Shown here piece after piece: positions 56,487-64,000 of a DNA stretch of 64,000 nt. Location of the stretch: sequence record NZ_CP019224.1; one strand, given 5' to 3'. Made by a program: the position numbers and the translations under genes. A model generated the notes under the pieces. It searched no databases and was not told where the DNA came from. It was given only the letters and a program-made list of their open reading frames with translations. Numbering within the stretch: the stretch's first letter is position 1; each line of letters begins with the position of its first letter. The stretch is from a plasmid.

Positions 56487-56599
56487 CGCCGAATTGGTGA
56501 CATCATGTGCACGGAAAAATTCGTTCAAATAGCTTGCGCCGGCCGTTGCCCGGCGTTAGATCGGGCCAATAGACTGGCAACACAGCAACGCTGAAATAA

Positions 56600-56926
<327 letters not shown>

Positions 56927-56970
56927 CCGCCAGGTCCCTACCCACTTTTACGCCAAGGAGACGTACAACC

Positions 56971-57255
56971 ATGTCGATCAACTATCAGTTCGGCGACGTC
57001 GACGCCCACGGCGCCCTGATCCGCGCCCAGGCCGCTTCCCTGGAAGCCGAGCACCAAGCGATCGTGCGCGATGTGCTCGCGGCCGGGGATTTTTGGGGTG
57101 GCGCCGGGTCGGTCGCCTGCCAGGAGTTCATCACCCAGTTGGGCCGCAACTTCCAGGTGATCTACGAGCAGGCCAACGCTCACGGACAGAAGGTGCAGAC
57201 CGCCGGAAGCAACATGAACAGCACCGACAGCGCCGTCGGATCTTCGTGGGCCTAG
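56971..57255 (+). CDS. esxN: WXG100 protein, EsxN (Mtb9.9) family (94 aa)
   Basis: MSINYQFGDVDAHGALIRAQAASLEAEHQAIVRDVLAAGDFWGGAGSVACQEFITQLGRNFQVIYEQANAHGQKVQ...SAVGSSWA. RBS AAGGAGA. Confidence 0.85.
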   Translation: MSINYQFGDVDAHGALIRAQAASLEAEHQAIVRDVLAAGDFWGGAGSVACQEFITQLGRNFQVIYEQANAHGQKVQTAGSNMNSTDSAVGSSWA

Positions 57256-57333
57256 CCCGCACTGTTCCAGCCAACGACGTGGCGGCACCGGATTCGGTGC
57301 CGCCACGTCAGCGTTTGAGCAAGGAAACCTGCT

Positions 57334-58254
57334 ATGACGAGCGCCGAAATTCCGGCCACCCCGACTTCTGACATCACCGTCAACCTCGAGGGACTGTGGC
57401 TGCTGCAAGCCATGCTGGGCATTCCCCAGCTCGCCCCCGAACTGCGCGGACGCCCCTACGGACAACCACGAAACACCGACTGGCTCACCGCGCACCCGGG
57501 TTTGGCGGTGCTGGTCGACCAAGGCATCGCCGATGAGGATGCGATGGTGCGTGCTGATATCGCCGCGCGCATGAAGGTGCTGGCCGCGCCCGACGTTGAA
57601 GTCATCTTGCTGGTCTGCCGCGGGGCGATGAACGTGGTGACACCGGTGGTGATGGATGATCCCACTACCTGGCGCGCGATCCCCGATGAGCAGCTGCGCG
57701 TTGTGCTGGCCCGCCGCGACGGCCGGTGGGCCTCTGCGGTGCGCGCCGGGTCCTACGTCACCATTGACGACTGTCCGGGCACCGACCAGGAATGGGTGCA
57801 ACGCCTAGTCTTTGAAGCTCTGGACTCGGTGCACTGGGTGGAGCCGGCGCGGATCAGCGCGGTCAACGTGCCGCTGGATGACATGCGTACCGCGATCACG
57901 TTGCACGCCAAGGCGGGCTCGGCAGCAGCGAAAATGGCTGCGCTGCGCGCACTGGGGCTGCGCGGGGGTGCGCTGGCTGAGCTGGGCGCGGCGTTAGAAG
58001 ATCCCCAAGCTGAGGCGTTGGTTTATGCGCGCGCCCATGTGGATGCCGACACGGTGTGGAGCGAAACGGTGCTCAACCTGCGCGACACTGCCTCGGGGCG
58101 GGTGGCGCTGTACCGACTGAACCCGCCCGCGGGCAGCCAGCAGGAGTGGCTGGCCATCGCCCCGGCGGGTCCTGCCCAGCTGCATCACGCGCTGACGACG
58201 GTCTTCGACAGTGTCGGTGTGCGCGCCTGGGACAGTCATGAACGAATGGCCTGA
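57334..58254 (+). CDS. espG: EspG, ESX PE/PPE-specific chaperone (306 aa)
   Basis: Conserved position after the esx pair. N-terminal TSDITVNLEGLWLLQAMLGIPQLAPELRGRPYGQ is typical of EspG. Confidence 0.7.
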   Translation: MTSAEIPATPTSDITVNLEGLWLLQAMLGIPQLAPELRGRPYGQPRNTDWLTAHPGLAVLVDQGIADEDAMVRADIAARMKVLAAPDVEVILLVCRGAMNVVTPVVMDDPTTWRAIPDEQLRVVLARRDGRWASAVRAGSYVTIDDCPGTDQEWVQRLVFEALDSVHWVEPARISAVNVPLDDMRTAITLHAKAGSAAAKMAALRALGLRGGALAELGAALEDPQAEALVYARAHVDADTVWSETVLNLRDTASGRVALYRLNPPAGSQQEWLAIAPAGPAQLHHALTTVFDSVGVRAWDSHERMA

Positions 58255-58374
58255 CAAAAAGCGGTACCGCCGTGCCAGCAAAGTGTTCTCGATGAATACC
58301 GAGCGGGCGTGGTATAGCGAGAATTCTGCCTTTAGGATCGGACATAGTAACCGCCAGCCATATGGGGACTAGGA

Positions 58375-59847
58375 ATGACTGACAATTCGGACTTCATGTC
58401 GCGTTATCTGCCGCCGGAAAACAGCGAGCAACAGCGCGAGCATCCGGCGCCTGCCGAGGATGCCACCGAGGAGGTGTCGTTGGCTGATGTGCGGGTGCCC
58501 GAGCCGGGTGCGCCGCCGCCACCTCACATGCCGCCGGTGGGTGGCTACGAGTTCGGGCCACCGCCAGCCGAGGGGAACCGCCACGAGGCGTGGCCCGCGG
58601 CGCCGGGGGGCACTGAAGGTGCTCATGCTCAGGCCGAACCGGCACCACCGCCGCCGCCGGGTGCGGGGCCCTCGTTCGGGCCGCCGCCGCCGGGCGGGCA
58701 TCCCCATGCTGTGCCGCGGCCCCCGGCGCCTCGGGCACCGGACGCGGAGCCGTCAGTTGGGCGCGGCCCGGGAGGGCAGGCGCCCGACCCGATCCCGCCG
58801 CGCCCGCAGTTCGATCAGCGCAACCCGCCGCCGCCGCCGCGGTGGTCACCCCCGCGTGTGGACCCTAAGCAACGGTGGGCGCCGCGGCCAGACCTTCGCA
58901 CTCCCAGCTCGGCACCGACCCGGCATGTCCAGGTCGAGGAGGTCGTGAAACGGCGCCGCGAACCGGCGAAAATGGGGTGGCGCAAGGCGGTTCACGCCTG
59001 CACAGGTGGGCTGGTCAATCTGGGTGCGGGTGCTCATGAGCGTCAACTGATCGACTGGAAGTCTCGTGTGGCTTCCAACATTCCCGGCACGTATCAGATC
59101 GCGGCGATTTCGATCAAAGGCGGCGTCGGCAAGACGCGGGTGACTGCCGGTGTGGGCACCGTGTTCGCCTTTGAGCGTGGGCAGCCGGTCTTGGCGATCG
59201 ACGCCGACACCACCTACGGGGGCCTGGGTCGCTTCGTTGATCGCGAGGCGCTGAACTCGATTGGCGATCTGCTTGCGGCCAAGGAGGTGGTTGTCGACTA
59301 TCCCAAGGCTCGTCACTACACCGGGAAGAACCCCCAGGGCCTAGAAGTGTTGCCGGGCAACCAGAATGTGGCCAACCCGATGGACCTGGACAAGGACGTG
59401 TTCTACGACACCGCTGAGCTGACGCGGCGCTTTTACCAACTGACACTGGTGGATTGCGGCGCCGAAGTCGAGACCGAATTTTTCAAAACAGTGTTGTCGA
59501 ACACCGACGCGTTGATGATCATCGGCAGCTGCAACGCCGAGGGCGGACTGGCGATCGAGACCACGGTGGAGTGGCTGGCCGCACGCAACGGTCACGAACT
59601 GCTCAAGCGCTCGGTGATTGTGCTCAACGACATCCATGACTGCGCGTCCAAGGCGTTTATCTCCCATATCACCGAGACGCTGGGGCCGCGGGTGCGTTCG
59701 GTGAAGACGATCCCATGGGATGCGCATTTGCGCGACGCGGATACGCTCGATTTTCCGGCCTTGCACAAGCGCACTCGGTTGGCGTTTTTGGAGCTGGCGG
59801 CCGAGCTGGCCGAAGGGTTCCCGACCGCGGGGGCGCTGAGCGCGTGA
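58375..59847 (+). CDS. EspI-like ESX-associated protein: Pro-rich N-terminal half plus C-terminal ParA/MinD-like ATPase domain (490 aa)
   Basis: About 200 aa Pro-rich. Then IAAISIKGGVGKTRVTAGVG (deviant Walker A) ... LAIDADTTYGGL ... TLVDCGA. Confidence 0.6.
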   Translation: MTDNSDFMSRYLPPENSEQQREHPAPAEDATEEVSLADVRVPEPGAPPPPHMPPVGGYEFGPPPAEGNRHEAWPAAPGGTEGAHAQAEPAPPPPPGAGPSFGPPPPGGHPHAVPRPPAPRAPDAEPSVGRGPGGQAPDPIPPRPQFDQRNPPPPPRWSPPRVDPKQRWAPRPDLRTPSSAPTRHVQVEEVVKRRREPAKMGWRKAVHACTGGLVNLGAGAHERQLIDWKSRVASNIPGTYQIAAISIKGGVGKTRVTAGVGTVFAFERGQPVLAIDADTTYGGLGRFVDREALNSIGDLLAAKEVVVDYPKARHYTGKNPQGLEVLPGNQNVANPMDLDKDVFYDTAELTRRFYQLTLVDCGAEVETEFFKTVLSNTDALMIIGSCNAEGGLAIETTVEWLAARNGHELLKRSVIVLNDIHDCASKAFISHITETLGPRVRSVKTIPWDAHLRDADTLDFPALHKRTRLAFLELAAELAEGFPTAGALSA

Positions 59848-61358
59848 CCCTCGAGCGGCAGCACGACAACCCTGTCACGGCGGCGGCTGCGCCGGCCCTG
59901 CCTGATCGGGTGTTGGTGGCGGTCATCGCGGGGGCCACCAAGATCGGGGTGGTGTTGGATGCCACCGCCTCAGTGTCAGTGCAGTTGGCGGCGCTGGTGG
60001 ATCTGGTCAACACTCGACTCGGTGAACTGGGGGAGCCGGCGTTGACGGCAGGCCCGCGGGGCCGCTGGACACTGTGCTGGGTCGATGGCAGCCCCCTGAA
60101 GCCAGGCCTGTCTTTGGCCGCCCAAGGGGTCAGCGACGGCACCCGGTTGTGGCTGCGGTTCGCCGCCGACACCGAGGCCCGGATCAACGTCGTCGAACAC
60201 GTCACCTCGGCGGTGGCCGCTGAGCTGAGCAGACGCTGGCCTGCTGTCACGCCGGTGTGGGCGGCGCGCGTCGGCGCGGGCATGGTGGTGGCCGGCGTGC
60301 TGGCCGCCACGGCCCTGCTGGGGCGTTGGCGTTACGGGCATCTGGGCTGGGCGCCGGCCATCTATTGTGGCGGGCTGGCGGCGCTGCTGCTGGCGGCGGC
60401 GGCGATCATCTTGGCGCGCCAAGCCAGTCGGCTGGCGCGCGGCGTCGGTGACACGCTGTTGTTGACCGGATGCCTCCCGTTGGCGGTGGGGGCTGCTGCT
60501 GCGGTACCGGGGCCGATGGGTGCCCCGCACGCCGCGTTGGGATTGGCGAGCGCGTTGGTCGCCGCGGTGCTGGTAGTGCGGTTCACCGGCCGCCATATCG
60601 CGTTGGGCACGACGGTGATCGTCACTGCGGCAGTCGGTGTTGTGGTGGGTTCGGTGCGTATGGTGCTGGTGACCTCGGCGCCGATCCTGTTGGCGGTCGT
60701 GCTGCTGGTGTCGCTGATCGGGATGCATGTGTCGCCCACCGTGGCGCGCTGGGTGGCCGGGATTCGGCTGCCGGTCTTCCCTTCAGCGTCGGGCCAGTGG
60801 ATTTTTGAGGCGCGTCCGGATTTGCCGGCTGATCATGCGGTGGCCAGCGGTCAGGTGGCCACGTTCGCCGGGCCTGAGTCGGTGCGTGAGGTGACGGTGG
60901 CCACCGACCGGGCCCACTCCTATCTGACCGGGTTGCTGGTTGCGACAACAGGTTTGGTGGTGGTGTGCAGCGTCGGGTTGTGCGATCCGCATGCGCCGCG
61001 ACGCTGGCTGCCGCTGGTGTTGGCGGGGCTGGTGGCGGTCGCGGTGCTGCTGCGCGGCCGTTCGTTCACCGATCGCTGGCAGGCGACGATCTTCGCGCTG
61101 GCCGCCGTGGCATTGGTGATCGGGGTGGCCGGGCGCTATGTGTTGGGGTTGTGGACGATGCCGGCATTGCTGGCGGGGGTATCGGCGATGGTGGCCGTCC
61201 CGGTGGCTGGCTTGGTGGCCGGTGTGGTGGTGCCCAACCGCTTCTACACTCCGACGTTCCGCAAGATCGTCGAGTGGGTCGAATATGTCTGCCTGACAGG
61301 CATTTTCCCGTTGGCGTTTTGGCTGATGGGTGTGCTGGCCGCGATCCGGTACCGATAG
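59844..61358 (+). CDS. eccD: ESX conserved component EccD, polytopic membrane protein (about 11 TM)
   Basis: GTG 59844 overlaps the upstream stop. Ubiquitin-like N-terminus RVLVAVIAGATKIGVVLDA, then an Ala/Leu/Val-rich multi-TM region. Confidence 0.8.
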   Translation: MTLERQHDNPVTAAAAPALPDRVLVAVIAGATKIGVVLDATASVSVQLAALVDLVNTRLGELGEPALTAGPRGRWTLCWVDGSPLKPGLSLAAQGVSDGTRLWLRFAADTEARINVVEHVTSAVAAELSRRWPAVTPVWAARVGAGMVVAGVLAATALLGRWRYGHLGWAPAIYCGGLAALLLAAAAIILARQASRLARGVGDTLLLTGCLPLAVGAAAAVPGPMGAPHAALGLASALVAAVLVVRFTGRHIALGTTVIVTAAVGVVVGSVRMVLVTSAPILLAVVLLVSLIGMHVSPTVARWVAGIRLPVFPSASGQWIFEARPDLPADHAVASGQVATFAGPESVREVTVATDRAHSYLTGLLVATTGLVVVCSVGLCDPHAPRRWLPLVLAGLVAVAVLLRGRSFTDRWQATIFALAAVALVIGVAGRYVLGLWTMPALLAGVSAMVAVPVAGLVAGVVVPNRFYTPTFRKIVEWVEYVCLTGIFPLAFWLMGVLAAIRYR

Positions 61359-61374
61359 CGGGGGTGGTTGTTCG

Positions 61375-63075
61375 GTGAGTCGTGCACAAAAGGCCTGTGC
61401 GGCGGTATCGGCTGTCGCCGTGGTGGGGTTGACCGGGTTGTGGGGCGCCCCGGCTGCGGGGGCGGTGGAGCCCCCGCAGATTGATGTGGGCGCAACTCCG
61501 CCCGATGGGCCGCCGGGTCCGGATCAACCGATGCGCCAGGGCGCGTTTTGCCCGAAGGTGGGCACGCTGCCGGGTACGGACTATCGGGTGCAGCCGCATT
61601 ACATGGACATGCTGGATTTGGCTGAGGCGTGGCGGTTTGGGCGCGGGGCGGGGCAGAAGGTGGCTGTGATCGACACCGGCGTCACCCCGCATCCGCGGCT
61701 GACCGACCTTGTCGGTGGCGGCGACTATGTGATGCCCGGCGATGGCTTGTCCGACTGTGATGCTCACGGGATGATCGTGGCCTCACTGATCGCGGCCCAG
61801 CCCGCCGATGGCAAGACGCCGCTGCCCCCGCCGCGCCAGGCCCGCCGTCCTGAGACAGTGCCCACCACCGAGGCGCCGCCGCCCCCGCCGCCACCGCAGA
61901 CCGTGACGGTGCAGCTGCCGCCCCCGCCTCCGCCTCCACCCCCAGACGGGGCGAGCTGGCATCCTCGCGCGACTCCCACGGTGGTGGTGCCCGCCGGTCA
62001 CCCGAAACTATCCCCGCAGAGTCCCGCGCCTGGTCCTGATGATCCGGTGCCACCCGCGCCGCCTGGCCCGCCGGAGCCCCCGCCGCCGCCGGCGCCGGCT
62101 GCGGACGGGTTTTCTGGTGTGGCCCCTGATGTGCAGGTCATCTCCATCCGGCAAAGCTCAAAAGCGTTCTCTCCCAAGGACGCTTTCGCAGGCAACCAAG
62201 ACCCGGCGACCCGGCGCAAGGCGGGCGATATCCGCACGATGGCTCGTGCGATCGTGCATGCGGCCAACATGGGTGCCACGGTGATCAACATTTCGGAGGT
62301 GTCGTGTATGAGCGCGACCGACATGATTGATCAGCGCGACTTGGGCGCGGCGATTCACTACGCGGCCGTGGACCGCAACGCGGTGATCGTGGCCGCGGCC
62401 GGCAATGTCGGCAACGAAAGCGCTGCCATGGGCAACGACTGTAAACAGAATCCGATCTATAACCCGTTGAATCCCAACGATCCTCGCGATTGGGCGGGAG
62501 TGACCACGGTCGTTACTCCGGCGTGGTTTTCCGACTATGTGCTCACCGTCGGCGAGGTGGATGCCACCGGCGCTCCGCTGGACGGCAGCGTGGCCGGACC
62601 CTGGGTGTCGATCGCGGCGCCAGGCACTGACATCGAAAGCCTCTCACCGCGCGATGACGGGCTGATGAACGCGGTCGAGGGCAGCAAGAACACGCTGGTG
62701 CCGCAGTCGGGCACCTCGTTTTCGGCGGCGATCGTATCCGGCGTGGCCGCCCTGGTGCGCGCGAAGTATCCGCAGCTGACCGCCCATCAGGTGATCAACC
62801 GGCTGCTCTCAACCGCCCGGGCACCGGCGCGCGGGGTGGATAACCAGGTCGGGCACGGCATCGTCGACCCGGTAGCCGCCCTGACCTATGACCTGCCCCC
62901 CGGTGAACCTGTTGGGCCGCAACACCTGGCGGCACCCCTTGTGCTGGCCCCGCCCAAGGTGGGCCGCGACATGACCCCCGTGTGGGTAGCCGCCGCTGGT
63001 GTGGGCGGACTGGCGCTGGTGTGTTCGCTGGTGCTGGGCTCAGCAGCGCTGATGCGGCGACGAGGAGCGCGGTGA
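61375..63075 (+). CDS. mycP: mycosin MycP, subtilisin-like serine protease, membrane-anchored
   Basis: Signal peptide. Asp region VAVIDTGV, His region DCDAHGM, Ser region GTSFSAA. C-terminal TM anchor WVAAAGVGGLALVCSLVLG. Pro-rich insert. Confidence 0.85.
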   Translation: MSRAQKACAAVSAVAVVGLTGLWGAPAAGAVEPPQIDVGATPPDGPPGPDQPMRQGAFCPKVGTLPGTDYRVQPHYMDMLDLAEAWRFGRGAGQKVAVIDTGVTPHPRLTDLVGGGDYVMPGDGLSDCDAHGMIVASLIAAQPADGKTPLPPPRQARRPETVPTTEAPPPPPPPQTVTVQLPPPPPPPPPDGASWHPRATPTVVVPAGHPKLSPQSPAPGPDDPVPPAPPGPPEPPPPPAPAADGFSGVAPDVQVISIRQSSKAFSPKDAFAGNQDPATRRKAGDIRTMARAIVHAANMGATVINISEVSCMSATDMIDQRDLGAAIHYAAVDRNAVIVAAAGNVGNESAAMGNDCKQNPIYNPLNPNDPRDWAGVTTVVTPAWFSDYVLTVGEVDATGAPLDGSVAGPWVSIAAPGTDIESLSPRDDGLMNAVEGSKNTLVPQSGTSFSAAIVSGVAALVRAKYPQLTAHQVINRLLSTARAPARGVDNQVGHGIVDPVAALTYDLPPGEPVGPQHLAAPLVLAPPKVGRDMTPVWVAAAGVGGLALVCSLVLGSAALMRRRGAR

Positions 63076-64000
63076 TGAGGACGACCTTTCCGTTAAGCGT
63101 GGCGGCCGGCTGGCCGCGCCTGGTGGCGCTGTTCGTCGTCGACGTCGCATTAGTGGCCACCGGGGCGGCCGTGGCGGGCCGCCCGGGCTGGTGGGCCGGC
63201 GCCGCGCTCGCCCTTGTGGTGTCGCTGCTGGCGTTGCTGCGTTGGCGCGGTGCAGCACTGTTGACGCTGGCGTGGCGATCGGTGAGCAAACGGCACGTAG
63301 CTGATCTGCCGGGCGGTGAGCTGGCCGACTACGAGCGCCACTTCGGCTCAGGGCGGGTCGGAATCCGTGCTGTGGGGCCACATTTGGTAGCGGTGGTGGC
63401 CGTCGATGGGCCACCACACAGTCCCTCGGCGCTCGATTATTCCCGGGTCGAGTCGATGACGAAGCTGCCGCTTGAGGCGGTGGCCGCCGGGCTGGAGCAG
63501 TTCGATGTCACCTTAGAAGGCATCGACATCGTCAGCGCGGGGGTGCGCCGGGCATCCAAAAGCCACCACCCGTATGCCCCGGTGTATTCAGGGGCGGTGG
63601 GTGATCATCCCGCGGTCGGGCAGCGCCGCACCTGGCTGGTCGTGCGCCTGGACGCGCTGGCCAGTGCGCGGGCGATCGTGTGGCGCGAGTCGGTGGCGGC
63701 CACGATGAGCGCGGCCGCCGAATGGCTGGCCGCAGAACTGACCAGCCTGCGTATCCCGGCGCGGGTGTTGACCGCGGCCCAGATCCGCTCGGCCGATGAG
63801 GCGCTGCTGGCCGGGATCGACCCGAACGGATTGACGCCAGGGTGGAGCCGGCTGCGTCACGCCGGCGGTTACGTGCAGACCTATTGGATGTCGCCACGCG
63901 ACATTTCGAGCACCACGATTGACCGGCTGTGGGCGCCGGAGACCGCTGCCACGGTGGTGTCGATCCAGGTGCGCCGCGCCGATACCGGCGCTACGGCCGT
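63075..64000 (+). CDS. eccE: ESX conserved component EccE, N-terminal part; continues beyond the window
   Basis: ATG overlaps the mycP stop. Two N-terminal TM helices LVALFVVDVALVATGAAVAG and WAGAALALVVSLLALL. Position after mycP. Confidence 0.7.
   Translation, partial: MRTTFPLSVAAGWPRLVALFVVDVALVATGAAVAGRPGWWAGAALALVVSLLALLRWRGAALLTLAWRSVSKRHVADLPGGELADYERHFGSGRVGIRAVGPHLVAVVAVDGPPHSPSALDYSRVESMTKLPLEAVAAGLEQFDVTLEGIDIVSAGVRRASKSHHPYAPVYSGAVGDHPAVGQRRTWLVVRLDALASARAIVWRESVAATMSAAAEWLAAELTSLRIPARVLTAAQIRSADEALLAGIDPNGLTPGWSRLRHAGGYVQTYWMSPRDISSTTIDRLWAPETAATVVSIQVRRADTGATA

Noticed and set aside
59715-59844. ATG 59715 as the eccD start (ORF track)
   Set aside because: It would overlap espI-like by 130 nt. 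GTG 59844 overlaps the upstream stop in the usual coupling arrangement and begins right at the EccD ubiquitin-like N-domain.

Overview
High-GC actinobacterial DNA, Mycobacterium-like, and it looks like a large plasmid or genomic island rather than core chromosome.

The window holds three main things:
- A type VII secretion (ESX) locus at 45.8-64 kb. Gene order is three paralogous modular peptidoglycan-hydrolase-like proteins, eccB, a single fused eccC, PE, PPE, an EsxM/EsxN (Mtb9.9/QILSS) type WXG100 pair, espG, an EspI-like Pro-rich ParA-type ATPase, eccD, mycP, and a partial eccE.
- A second cluster of putative ESX substrates and chaperones at 21-26 kb (EspC-like, EspB-like, EspL-like) and an EspK-like protein at 37.7-40 kb.
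- Plasmid backbone and accessory genes: ParA with a partner, a ParB/Srx-domain protein, a CHC2-Toprim primase, NrdH, a tyrosine recombinase, three type II toxin-antitoxin pairs (YefM/YoeB, ParD/ParE, VapB/VapC), WhiB-like and XRE regulators, and IS607-family and IS256-family insertion sequences with nearby gene fragments.

The most unusual feature is at 0.68-7.44 kb. Six minus-strand mini-operons of unrelated small unknown genes are each separated by a conserved element of about 410 bp. The element comes in two subtypes, A and B, that alternate strictly. Each copy carries, in the gene direction, a rho-independent terminator, two GC hairpins, a long nested rod-like structure of about 220 nt, and the ribosome-binding site and start codon of the next gene. 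Comparing A and B shows at least four helices of the rod kept by compensatory base changes. That points to selection on a folded RNA or single-stranded DNA structure. The arrangement resembles a cassette array punctuated by structured sites, and I do not recognise it as any known element.

Other smaller structures are short degenerate 12-bp tandem repeats (consensus about TATCTCACGC) at three intergenic sites near ESX-substrate genes, a diverged pair of inverted-repeat-flanked elements of about 195 bp either side of the ParB-like gene, a TTGACGG repeat array between divergent whiB-like and XRE genes, and several perfect palindromic operators.
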